This document shows positions 55,181 through 64,000 of a stretch of DNA of 64,000 nt, piece by piece. Within the stretch, counting starts at the first letter, position 1. Each line of letters starts with the position of its first letter. This DNA is from Thermoplasmatota archaeon (GTDB lineage Archaea > Thermoplasmatota > E2 > DHVEG-1). The stretch is taken from contig JAUXAU010000004.1 in NCBI GenBank assembly GCA_030619765.1, forward strand, positions 5,717 through 69,716, in the 5' to 3' direction. The position numbers and the translations under genes were made by a program. The notes under the pieces were generated by a model, which saw only the letters and a list, made by a program, of their open reading frames with translations, searched no databases and was not told the DNA's origin.

Positions 55181-55903
55181 TTAAAAAATTATGATTTGAA
55201 GTACAACCGGTGTAAGGCATCTCATAGCACTTTCATAAGCCTGAATATTTACATCAGATGACGTAAGTGGAAATTTTTCCTCCAATCTTTGATGATGTTC
55301 CTCTCCGATTTTCTCAATAATACTCTTGAGTTCTATACTTGATATACCAATGAGATTCTTTCCCCCAAAAAAAGAAATCATTACGTTTGTATTTTTCATT
55401 TTTTTTATTTTTGAAAGGTCTATCTCTTTAAAAGTTCCATCTCTATAAACGAAATGTTCAGAATTTGCATCCTCTAATACGTCTCTGCTCACTTGAGAAA
55501 ATTTCTTTATAAAATCTATATAAAATATTTTGTTTATTTTATATACAGGGGATTTCTTTAAACGTTCTTTTCTAAGGAATTCGATTTTATAATGTGTCAT
55601 CTTATTTAGAAGCTTGAGCATCTGCCTTTTTGAAGAGATGCTATTTGGATTAATTCTACCATCATCGATTAATTTCTTCAATCTCTCACGATTCTTTGAA
55701 TTTTTAAAAAATTCTATAGTTCGGTTCCAAAGTTTTAATTGTGATTGATTATCATTGTATATCAATTTATTAATATCTTTATCCTTGACCATAATCTGTT
55801 CAATTATTGCTGAAGTTAATGACGTATCATGAAATTCTTCAAAAAGGTGAAATAAGTCTTTATAATATGGTTTTGTCATTATATTCTTTTTTGTTATTGT
55901 CAT
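55181..55903 (-). CDS. hypothetical protein
   Basis: ORF track. Confidence 0.35.
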   Translation of the reverse strand: MTITKKNIMTKPYYKDLFHLFEEFHDTSLTSAIIEQIMVKDKDINKLIYNDNQSQLKLWNRTIEFFKNSKNRERLKKLIDDGRINPNSISSKRQMLKLLNKMTHYKIEFLRKERLKKSPVYKINKIFYIDFIKKFSQVSRDVLEDANSEHFVYRDGTFKEIDLSKIKKMKNTNVMISFFGGKNLIGISSIELKSIIEKIGEEHHQRLEEKFPLTSSDVNIQAYESAMRCLTPVVLQIIIF

Positions 55904-56003
55904 ATAAATTAAGATATATGGTGACCATTATTTATTTATTTTGGTGTTTTTTAGTCACTAAATTTAAAATATAATTAATTCATATTAGTATTTATTGATT
56001 AAC

Positions 56004-56123
56004 ATGAAAAAAAGAGTTGTATTCACCGTCGATAAAAAAAATCTTGAACAACTCGATGGAAAAAGAGGGCTAATACCACGTAGCACTTATGTAAATTACC
56101 TTATCGAAGAGCACTGCAAATAG
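56004..56123 (+). CDS. 39-aa ribbon-helix-helix (CopG/Arc-like) DNA-binding protein
   Basis: MKKRVVFTVDKKNLEQLDGKRGLIPRSTYVNYLIEEHCK has a beta-strand then two helices in the RHH pattern; not in the ORF track. Confidence 0.4.
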   Translation: MKKRVVFTVDKKNLEQLDGKRGLIPRSTYVNYLIEEHCK

Positions 56124-56169
56124 AATTAAACGAATAATTTGAGGAATTATCGAATGACTGGAAACACTT

Positions 56170-56358
56170 TGTACGCACAAAAAGTCCAAAAGTACCTTTT
56201 TAGTACGCAAATCCCTCCTATAAGAGTAAGTAACGTAGTAAATAACCTATATTATATACGTATTATTTACTTAAAGTTCCTTACTACATTCTTTACTATC
56301 CCTCCCTATATCTGCGTACAACCAAACGCCTTTTTAGAAAATCATGCGTACAACCATT
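56170..56358. promoter_or_regulatory. iteron-like repeat set: two direct TTGTACGCA-like sites and two inverted TGCGTACAACCA sites
   Basis: gtacgca at 56172 and 56204; tgcgtacaacca at 56303 and 56336; spacing of about 32 nt within each pair. Confidence 0.45.
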
Positions 56359-56374
56359 TTGTACAGGGGGTACT

Positions 56375-57136
56375 GTGAGCATCTACACCTATTTTACAGA
56401 TACAATAATACATACGATATTCCCAGACGTAAAGAGAGTTCGTCCCCTAAACCCAAAGGCTAATGCCACTCTGCTATACACAGAGGAACTAAAACAAATC
56501 ATTTACATCAGGGAGAGCAAGAATAAACAAGCATTGAGGATAAGGGATTTACGGAAGTACAATGAAAGGGCAGTCAGGAACATGAGACAGCTTATGAAAA
56601 ACAAATTTGGTAAAAAGAGGGGGATCAAATTATATAATGAAGCAGACAAGATCAATGTTCTTGTAGTGGAGAGAACACTCAATACCATATGGAGATTGCA
56701 TAGAGCGTTAAACCGCCTAGATAATTCCGCGACATACAACAAAAAAACGATTCATATGATATTTGACAAGACAAAAACAAAAATCCCAGAAGAGAAGATG
56801 GCATCGCTTATCTATAAAAGCTTGTACACTAAATTTGACCGATACAAGGAAAACATAGAAACCAGCATGAAAAAGAAAAACAAGGGCAAGGATAAAGACA
56901 AGCAGATAAAGCCATTCAATGAACTAAAAGAAAAGCTCGAATCCTTAGACTGGACAGTGAGAATGCTAAATCATGAATACTGCAAACTTGCAGGAAAGAC
57001 ACTGATCCCCAGAAAGCTAAAGTCAGAGATAGACTTTGAGATGGAGAGACTACATAAAGCCAGTATAATCAAGAACGATAAAAGCTCAATTAAGTATGAT
57101 AAAGAACCCTATAAAGCGAATACGGAGGTACAATAA
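56375..57136 (+). CDS. hypothetical basic protein downstream of the RHH/iteron module
   Basis: ORF track; K/R-rich; start uncertain. Confidence 0.4.
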   Translation: MSIYTYFTDTIIHTIFPDVKRVRPLNPKANATLLYTEELKQIIYIRESKNKQALRIRDLRKYNERAVRNMRQLMKNKFGKKRGIKLYNEADKINVLVVERTLNTIWRLHRALNRLDNSATYNKKTIHMIFDKTKTKIPEEKMASLIYKSLYTKFDRYKENIETSMKKKNKGKDKDKQIKPFNELKEKLESLDWTVRMLNHEYCKLAGKTLIPRKLKSEIDFEMERLHKASIIKNDKSSIKYDKEPYKANTEVQ

Positions 57137-57551
57137 GAAAATGACACCCAACCAACAATGGAATAACGACCATACAGCCCTTATCACAGCCTCTACGCTG
57201 CAAACACAGACACCCAAATCCCACACATCAAAGACCGACAACACCCCTCAAAACATGCTACAGAGAATCTTGTTAAAACAATATGAGTATGGTTTCAAAG
57301 ATGAACATTGGAGAGGAGAGAAAAAATCATTCGATTTGATAAAAAAAATTGAAAGGATAAAAAGAAAATTCAAAATATCGATTCTGTTTTGTACAGAATG
57401 TCCAATATTACTTTAAGCATTATAAGGAGAAAATAGAGAAAAATGCAATACTTTTCAATACTCTATAAAAATGTCCTAAAAGTGTCCTAAAAGTGTCATG
57501 TTTTTTAAGAATTAATGGAATTTTCGGAGTCTATAAAAAAGAGATGTTTAT

Positions 57552-57872
57552 TCATTCTTCCAATATTTCTAAGGTTCTTTTGTCCACCTTACAACTAAAC
57601 CAGTGTTCTGTTTCTCCATACCATAAATCCTGACGGTAATAATGTACTACTATGCTATAGTAACTTCCCCTATCCATACATTGCTCAGATACCACATTCC
57701 CATAATCAACATATAACACACCATATTTGTCTTTTAGATAAGCTATACCTACACCTAAGGCTATGTCCTTGTTTGGATCATATTCTTCAGGTTCCTGTGT
57801 ATTCATGCATCCACTCAACTCAATAGCCAAAAGCAGAATGATTATTCCAATTATCAATATCTTTTTTCTCAT
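57552..57872 (-). CDS. small lipoprotein-like secreted protein
   Basis: 'MRKKILIIGIIILLLAIELSGC' lipobox-like signal. Confidence 0.45.
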   Translation of the reverse strand: MRKKILIIGIIILLLAIELSGCMNTQEPEEYDPNKDIALGVGIAYLKDKYGVLYVDYGNVVSEQCMDRGSYYSIVVHYYRQDLWYGETEHWFSCKVDKRTLEILEE

Positions 57873-57990
57873 TCTTATCTTTAAATAATAATCAGTCTAA
57901 TCCTATATAAAGTACTACTAAATAGGTAGTACTATTTAGTTTAACAGTGGTATTTGTACTGATATATTGTTTAACTATCGGTAGATACAA

Positions 57991-58158
57991 ATGGCACTAC
58001 AAGGTAAGGGCACTATTTATCAGCACGTTAAGGGTAAGATGTATGTTTATATTCCATCTGTTGTCCGTGATGACAGTCAGTTTCCTTTTAACCGTGGGGA
58101 AAAAGTGAACGTTAGTATCCATGGAAATAGGCTAATTGTAGAAAAAGAAAAATCTTAA
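57991..58158 (+). CDS. 55-aa AbrB/SpoVT/MazE-like small protein
   Basis: 'GKMYVYIPSVVRDDSQFPFNRGEKVNVSIHGNRLIVEK' fits the swapped-hairpin pattern; not in the ORF track. Confidence 0.3.
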   Translation: MALQGKGTIYQHVKGKMYVYIPSVVRDDSQFPFNRGEKVNVSIHGNRLIVEKEKS

Positions 58159-58413
58159 TAATTTTTAGACAACCATTTTAATTCTAATGAACAATGTCCA
58201 ATAAGTATCAAAATCACAATCAGTTTTCTCAGTATGTGCTTGTATAAAAGATCATTGAAATTACTCCTGTTGAATAGGAGGTAGAAAGCAGGTTTTTTAA
58301 AGAAAAAGATGGTTATTCAATATTAATCACATATTTTCCGGAATATCATCTGAACTTATAATAGATACTTTGCAATCATCGCATATCCCATTGGAATTAT
58401 TAAAGTCTATTAT

Positions 58414-59235
58414 TTATGATTTTACCAGTTCACGTAACAAGATTTTATCCTTCTCTGAATTCAATGCATGCATTTTTCTATGACAATTTGGGCAAAGGGC
58501 AACAGTATTATCGATTGCATCATCCCCACCCTGTGACAACCATTGAATATGATGACTCTCGAGAAAGGGTTCACCGTCTTTTTTGCTGAAAGGAGCAGCA
58601 TTCTTGCATAATTGACAAAAACCGTTTGCTCTACGTTTGACAAATTCTACAACATCTTGATTTCTATCGTATTGTTTGGAAATAACGTGTCGGACTCCAC
58701 ATGTTCTAGGTGCAGACTGGACTTTTTTCCATAATGATTCGTCTGATGATTTTTTTGCTTGTCTCTCTCTTATAGTTAGTTTTCTATGAAAAACGTCTTC
58801 AGTAATAATTGAGGATGTTGTATGGTCAATAAGTTTTAATGGAAAAATCCACACTTTGCGAATGTATTGTTTTACATCTGGTTGTTTTTCAACATAAGGT
58901 TTAGTAGCCAACATGACCCTACCTTGATAAACATATCTACCTGGGTCAAAAACCTCAAATAAAAATACATCCACTCCGTTAGTTTGAGATTCATTTAATG
59001 TTCTGTTTTGTGCAAAAGAGAGACTTTGGTCACCTGTAAGTCCCATACCTGTATAATGAAAAACATCATTCTCCCATCTATCCTCATAAATAGATTTAGT
59101 ATGATCTGAAACAATGACAAGACAGTTTTTTCTTCTACTTCTTCTCATCCCTCCTTGTGGACTACATTTGAATATCCGACAAATATCATCATTTCTTAGT
59201 ATATCACCTTGTTTTAGTTCAGGGTCAAACTCCAT
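58414..59235 (-). CDS. SRA-like domain + HNH endonuclease (candidate modification-dependent type IV restriction enzyme)
   Basis: C-terminal 'CQLCKNAAPF...ESHHIQWLSQGGDDAIDNTVALCPNCHRKMH'; N-terminal 'HYTGMGLTGDQ...AQNRTLNESQTNG...GRYVYQGRV' parallels SRA 'TYTGSGGRD...TAEQ..KLTNTN...YDGIYKV'. Confidence 0.5.
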   Translation of the reverse strand: MEFDPELKQGDILRNDDICRIFKCSPQGGMRRSRRKNCLVIVSDHTKSIYEDRWENDVFHYTGMGLTGDQSLSFAQNRTLNESQTNGVDVFLFEVFDPGRYVYQGRVMLATKPYVEKQPDVKQYIRKVWIFPLKLIDHTTSSIITEDVFHRKLTIRERQAKKSSDESLWKKVQSAPRTCGVRHVISKQYDRNQDVVEFVKRRANGFCQLCKNAAPFSKKDGEPFLESHHIQWLSQGGDDAIDNTVALCPNCHRKMHALNSEKDKILLRELVKS

Positions 59236-59328
59236 TCTATATTTCCTCCTCCAAATCTACAATTTTGTAATAATTCCTACTTTAAAAACAATTACACCGT
59301 TATTTAATTACAACTATTTTGAAAACAG

Positions 59329-60108
59329 TTAAGGGAATTTATACTCCAATCTTCCTGTTTTGTTATACTGTTCAATGAGATATAAAGCAGATTTTGGATG
59401 AACTTGAATTGAGCCACAACCAAGAAATTCCTGCAATCGTCTTCCATTACTGTATGATTGAATAAAGGGTTCTAACTTCTTTGGTATACTTGGCTTATAT
59501 TTTCCATTCAGTCTCTGTATCCCTACAAATGCAAATTTAGGAGAATTTTCAGATACCACTATTTTGTTTAAATCATCGAATAATGCTTCATAATAATCTA
59601 AACCAGCGGCGATTAAGACAATATCTTCTGAATTTGAGATATTAACTAACTCATGAATTGATTTAGGGTGAGAGGTCTCAATTATACCAGTATTACTAAG
59701 AAAATTCCACCACTGTTTTTTTACTTCGCCTTTATCTGAGCCATAAAAATAGTCCTGGTTATTTACTGAGTCATCAACTCCCGATTTGAACGTAGCATGA
59801 TAACCAGATATTTTTTCTTTGGCATTAATAAGACCAAATCCACAAGATACTATCCATAATTGACTTGGTCCATTAATTCCTCTAAATGCCTCCATTGATG
59901 CATTCCACATAGAGCCTTTGTATATACTCGATGCTTCAGGTAAAAATGTTGATGAATTCATATGATTGGTGAGAGTATTTTTCCATTCTTTAAATAATTC
60001 TTCAGTATCATTTCTAATTTCCTTTTGAAGTAAATTATCAATGGCATTCTTAACCGAAGGTCCTTCATAATTTTTGCTACCAACACAGGTGACTATTAAA
60101 TGAAACAT
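59329..60108 (-). CDS. hypothetical protein (third gene of an uncharacterised operon)
   Basis: ORF track; no family recognised. Confidence 0.4.
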   Translation of the reverse strand: MFHLIVTCVGSKNYEGPSVKNAIDNLLQKEIRNDTEELFKEWKNTLTNHMNSSTFLPEASSIYKGSMWNASMEAFRGINGPSQLWIVSCGFGLINAKEKISGYHATFKSGVDDSVNNQDYFYGSDKGEVKKQWWNFLSNTGIIETSHPKSIHELVNISNSEDIVLIAAGLDYYEALFDDLNKIVVSENSPKFAFVGIQRLNGKYKPSIPKKLEPFIQSYSNGRRLQEFLGCGSIQVHPKSALYLIEQYNKTGRLEYKFP

Positions 60109-60122
60109 AGAATAATCCCCCC

Positions 60123-60530
60123 CTAATGCTCCAATTTGTCCAGGATTAAATAATACCTTAATCCTCTACCAACTTTTCTTGATTCGATATAAGGCTGCTT
60201 TGAAATGAGTGTGAATGAAACTGCGGTATGCCTATTTTGCCCACCATGTAAATCCTTCTGCAAGTATCCTGCTGAAATATATTTTGGATTTTGTAAATCT
60301 CTGAATATATCTACAAAATCTCCCGTTGGTATATCCTCAAAAGGAAGTTTGCTATCCTCTCTTTCAACACGAATATGGGAGCCTGTTACACCTTTTACCC
60401 AAAACCGTTTCCTTTGAGAGTTCGTATACATCTCGGTAGCATTTTCACGGATTTTCCGCTCAACAAAATCTTTAACATCGTTCCAAAGGCGTTCATTATC
60501 AATATTTCTTTCCATTTTATCTGCTCCCAA
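60123..60530 (-). CDS. hypothetical protein (middle gene)
   Basis: ORF track; overlaps the upstream gene by 14 nt. Confidence 0.4.
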   Translation of the reverse strand: MGADKMERNIDNERLWNDVKDFVERKIRENATEMYTNSQRKRFWVKGVTGSHIRVEREDSKLPFEDIPTGDFVDIFRDLQNPKYISAGYLQKDLHGGQNRHTAVSFTLISKQPYIESRKVGRGLRYYLILDKLEH

Positions 60531-61233
60531 CCCATTCTTTTGTTTTAGTTATAGCGTTTGAGATGGTTATTTTATCCTTTTCATTTATTTCATCATCCAT
60601 AAGATGCTGCACCAACCATAAGCCACTTTCCTTAATTTTCTGAATGGGCGAATAATTTCCCAACCAGTTATTCGATGGTCTGCAAAAAGCACAACTTGCT
60701 ACAGTCCCAATAAGTGAACTTTCTAACCCCGTGCCACCCATTCTTTTTATCTGACTATCCATCATGATGAATTTAAAGGAAAAATTCTCCCTTAATATCT
60801 GCGTGACCTCTGATTCAATTGTCTTCTCTTTCTGAATATCTCGAAGATGCCCATAACGCTCTCGATTCTCTCTCGGTGTAAAATCTATCTCCCAGATTTC
60901 CAAATAATCATCCTTCTCTTTATTTAACAATGACCGCCCTATATTTTTTCTAAAGATGCTTCTATCCTTTGGTGCCGCTTTCATCTGATTAAAACTCATT
61001 TTCCTATCGTTAAACAAAAAGTGGTCGTTTATCCTGCTTCTAAAATTGTTCCCTTTGTGCGTTCCAATTCTAACCATTCTTGGTAAATTGCCACCATGTC
61101 CCCAATTTTCTCCGTCCTCATAGAAAAAGTAGATGCCGTTTTGCGGTAAATCCTCTAAACAGAATGGATATTTAAAAATCGGCAATGCTTTTAATTGACG
61201 ATGTAGCCATTCACAACTATTCGTAATTACCAT
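60517..61233 (-). CDS. GIY-YIG-like nuclease-domain protein (first gene)
   Basis: 'NGIYFFYEDGENWGHGGNLPRMVRIGTHKG...R...H' resembles the GIY-(x10-17)-YIG core. Confidence 0.35.
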   Translation of the reverse strand: MVITNSCEWLHRQLKALPIFKYPFCLEDLPQNGIYFFYEDGENWGHGGNLPRMVRIGTHKGNNFRSRINDHFLFNDRKMSFNQMKAAPKDRSIFRKNIGRSLLNKEKDDYLEIWEIDFTPRENRERYGHLRDIQKEKTIESEVTQILRENFSFKFIMMDSQIKRMGGTGLESSLIGTVASCAFCRPSNNWLGNYSPIQKIKESGLWLVQHLMDDEINEKDKITISNAITKTKEWVGSR

Positions 61234-61627
61234 TCTCCATTTGATATTCTTTCATCGTGTAAGACAGCCCATAAATAAGATGGACCTCTCACTATCTGGG
61301 AAATCTGACCAGGTCCACTAATGGGCAACAGTTTAGAGGCTTTCTTAATATCAACCTTCGATATAGCGTATTCAGTTCTACTTGGAATAAACATGTTTCC
61401 TACTATCTTATATGTAAATGGTAATCCCCTTTTTGTGAAAAACTCTTCTCCAGCATGTTCTATAATTCGACCCCATACCTCTTCAAAAGATGTATTTGAT
61501 ATGCTAATACCTCCTTTTTATTCTCATTATCTAAATGTACATTTTTAAATAATTTTCGTTCGCATTACTGATATATAACAATATATATACAATCTAACCT
61601 ACAAATATATATAAAACTTGAAATCAA

Positions 61628-61735
61628 TCACATATTTGGTAGAATATCATCATCACTAATTATTGAAACCTTACAATCATCACAAATCCCGTCAGGGTTA
61701 TCTGTTTCGTTTGTGCCACATATTTTGCAGATCAT
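61628..61735 (-). CDS. 35-aa zinc-ribbon mini-protein MICKICGTNETDNPDGICDDCKVSIISDDDILPNM
   Basis: Found by hand; CxxC-x10-CxxC; degraded paralogous copies at 58327..58413 and 55011..55115. Confidence 0.35.
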   Translation of the reverse strand: MICKICGTNETDNPDGICDDCKVSIISDDDILPNM

Positions 61736-61748
61736 ATTTAACCAAAAA

Positions 61749-62720
61749 CTAGTCTAATTTTCCTATATACTTTTTAGTAGCCTTCTCTAAACTAATCATA
61801 GCATCTATCATTTTATCTTGTATATCGTCCCATCTGTCTTCATCTTTTAATCCTATTTCATCAAATGTATAAGAAATTCTTGATGCCTTCCTATCATCAA
61901 GCTTCTCCCACAGTAGTTTTTCACCAAATTCTTTTTCAATTTCTCCCTTATGTTTAAACAGTCGATCAAATCTTTTTTTATTAATTAAGACATCCTCGTC
62001 CTCTTTTCCTTTATCAAGATAGATCTCAACTCTCCCATTCTTATACGTTACTTCATAAATATATGCAATTCCTGATTTACCTGCTCCTGTTGCTATCCAA
62101 GAATATTTACTTGGGGAAACATTAGAAAACAAATTAGTTTTATCTTTAGATTTCGTTAATAATTTTGTCCAGAAATCTTTTCTAAGTTTATATCTTTGTG
62201 CAGATTCTATCCTCTCTTCACCAAGTTGTTTTGCTTCAATAGTTGGACCGGTTACAATAGTAAATAGAGGTGCAGCTATCGGTTGATCTCCGATTTTAAT
62301 TGCCTCAAGTTTAACCAAATAAAATAATACGTCTCCAGGAGTATATTTGTTTAACCATTCAATAACCTGAACATGTTCATCTCTTGGTTCTTTTGTAATC
62401 CATATTGCAGTGTTTGCTTCGAGATTTATCATGTATGTAAGTATCTTTCCTAAATGATCATGATCTGTTTTTTCTAACTGATTCTCGATTATTACTTTAT
62501 TGTCATTTTCATCCTCAGCAAAAAGGTCTAATTTAAAAGGACCAACCTTTTCCTCTCTTTTAACAACGTTAAAATTTTTGTCAAGGACATCGTTAAGATA
62601 ATCAATATTTTCTTCTAACCATTTTGTAAATTCCTTATCTTCCTTTTTCCAAATTTCTCTTAAAGGAACTTTCTTGATTTTTCCAATTGGATTTTCAAAT
62701 TCCATTTCTTCCTCCTCCAA
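61749..62720 (-). CDS. PD-(D/E)xK-family (DUF4268-like) nuclease-fold protein
   Basis: 'FKLDLFAEDENDNKVIIENQLEKTDHDHLGK' (D..E.Q...D..HLG signature). Confidence 0.45.
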   Translation of the reverse strand: MEEEEMEFENPIGKIKKVPLREIWKKEDKEFTKWLEENIDYLNDVLDKNFNVVKREEKVGPFKLDLFAEDENDNKVIIENQLEKTDHDHLGKILTYMINLEANTAIWITKEPRDEHVQVIEWLNKYTPGDVLFYLVKLEAIKIGDQPIAAPLFTIVTGPTIEAKQLGEERIESAQRYKLRKDFWTKLLTKSKDKTNLFSNVSPSKYSWIATGAGKSGIAYIYEVTYKNGRVEIYLDKGKEDEDVLINKKRFDRLFKHKGEIEKEFGEKLLWEKLDDRKASRISYTFDEIGLKDEDRWDDIQDKMIDAMISLEKATKKYIGKLD

Positions 62721-62761
62721 ATCTACAATTTCATTTTAACTATCAGGATGGTTATTCATGT

Positions 62762-63781
62762 TTATCCCAGAAAAGTATATTCTTTAGTTATTGGGTCAAT
62801 TGCAGTTTTTTCTCCAGTTATTCCTGCATCATAACCAGGAAATCCATAGTCACCAGCAGTAGGGTCTAAGACCACACAGTTAACACCATCTATCCTGTAC
62901 GAGATTATTTCTTCCTCCCCAAATAATTCATAAAATGAAGGTCTAAAATAAAACTCAATAAACACACTAACAGATGCATCTTGCCATTTCTCGTTAGAAA
63001 GTATTATCCCACCATATTTATCCAAGTAATGACAGGTGTCGGTAACTGTTAATATATTCTCACATTCCCAGTCAGCATATTGAATAAAAGTTTTACATTC
63101 ATTCAATTTATCAAAATCATCCCTTGAAGGAACTACATATAAATGCAATGGCTGATTTGAATCAATACTGTAACTTATATTCAAATAATTAAAATAGTCT
63201 TTCAATGACGAACCATTTCCTCCATAATACCAATTATGACCTCCCTCAAGAACAAAGGATTGCTCATGAGTTTGCCTTATACTCTCTCCCAAATCATTTT
63301 CAACTTGTTCTAATAGTGAAGGTTCAACATAGTTCCATAGCTCTCTTGCATTAATGTCATATGCAAGAGCATAAGCATGGTCTTCAGTTAATACTAAATA
63401 TGCTTTAATACCGATATTTTCTAATAAAGAGATTAATAGTATTGAGAGGTCTTCACAATCCCCTCCTCCAATATCTATAGTCTCTTGTGGGCTTTGGATG
63501 AGTTCAACTCCAACGGGGTCACTTAGATAATTAAAGTTCTCTACGATGTGTCTGTATAATGCATTTACTTGACACTCTCTATCACCAGCAGTACAATTCT
63601 TAACGATAGAATTTGCATATGCTCTTAGGTCAATATCATTTAGAACAATTTTGTTGAGATATGGTTCTGCACCTTGAAGCACTGGGTCTACTTCAATCTG
63701 TTCAAATAACTCATTACATCCACTCAATCCAACAGATAAGAGCAGAACAGCTATTCCTATTCTCACTAATTGTTTTTTCAT
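62762..63781 (-). CDS. transglutaminase-like lipoprotein
   Basis: Signal/lipobox 'LLLSVGLSGC'; 'GGGDCEDLSILLISLL' transglutaminase-core cysteine. Confidence 0.55.
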   Translation of the reverse strand: MKKQLVRIGIAVLLLSVGLSGCNELFEQIEVDPVLQGAEPYLNKIVLNDIDLRAYANSIVKNCTAGDRECQVNALYRHIVENFNYLSDPVGVELIQSPQETIDIGGGDCEDLSILLISLLENIGIKAYLVLTEDHAYALAYDINARELWNYVEPSLLEQVENDLGESIRQTHEQSFVLEGGHNWYYGGNGSSLKDYFNYLNISYSIDSNQPLHLYVVPSRDDFDKLNECKTFIQYADWECENILTVTDTCHYLDKYGGIILSNEKWQDASVSVFIEFYFRPSFYELFGEEEIISYRIDGVNCVVLDPTAGDYGFPGYDAGITGEKTAIDPITKEYTFLG

Positions 63782-63796
63782 ATTTTCTTCTATATA

Positions 63797-63985
63797 TTAG
63801 TATTTGAGCGGTGCACTCTTGAAAAGTATATCACCCATGCCCTTATCGGAAAGTGTTAAGACGTAGGTTCCAGAATATGGAGCAGTTACTGCAAAAGTAT
63901 CTCCTGGATTTACATAGTTATCATTGTTGTTATCGTTAAATGTAAGTGTCGCACCAGTAGCACTTACACCGTTGGTATCTGACAA
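63797..63985 (-). CDS. 3' part of a gene that continues beyond the window end
   Basis: ORF runs to the window edge. Confidence 0.2.
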   Translation of the reverse strand: MSDTNGVSATGATLTFNDNNNDNYVNPGDTFAVTAPYSGTYVLTLSDKGMGDILFKSAPLKY

Positions 63986-64000
63986 AGTCCAATCATATTC

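Noticed and set aside
56139-56378. 79-aa ORF over the iteron region
   Set aside because: Low-complexity translation (YYIRIIYLKFLTTFF); the region is better explained as a repeat-bearing regulatory spacer.

Overview
The window is AT-rich (about 32% GC) and its gene content says it comes from an archaeon. The archaeal marker genes are RtcB, an archaeal-type AspRS, aTrm56, archaeosine tRNA-guanine transglycosylase (TgtA), HMG-CoA reductase, PyrB/PyrI, FtsZ, the SecE-Spt5-uL11 cluster, an archaeal-type phosphopantothenate synthetase plus CoaBC, and NadX/NadC. There are two tRNAs, tRNA-Leu(GAG) and tRNA-Val(CAC). Roughly the first 39 kb is mostly housekeeping. It is interrupted by a 3.8-kb cargo cassette (3.3-7.2 kb) that is bounded by diverged ~130-bp direct repeats and carries an AbiEi/AbiEii toxin-antitoxin pair. 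It is also interrupted by a dense minus-strand array of tiny genes (10.5-13.3 kb) that share conserved intergenic modules. From a RusA resolvase and a tyrosine integrase (39-42.7 kb) to the end of the window lies a roughly 22-kb accessory island that looks like a defence island. It holds several PD-(D/E)xK nuclease-like ORFs, a candidate HEPN protein, a large UvrD-like helicase with a nuclease-like insertion, a PLD-family nuclease, an EVE-like protein, a restriction-modification-like module, an SRA-HNH protein that resembles a type IV restriction enzyme, and an uncharacterised three-gene operon headed by a GIY-YIG-like protein. The island also has several small repeated elements: a CxxC...CxxC mini-ORF in three copies, an exact 20-mer leader in three places, and iteron-like repeats next to a 39-aa ribbon-helix-helix ORF. 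No CRISPR array and no rRNA were found. All protein calls rest on motifs I read directly from the translations, with no database searches.
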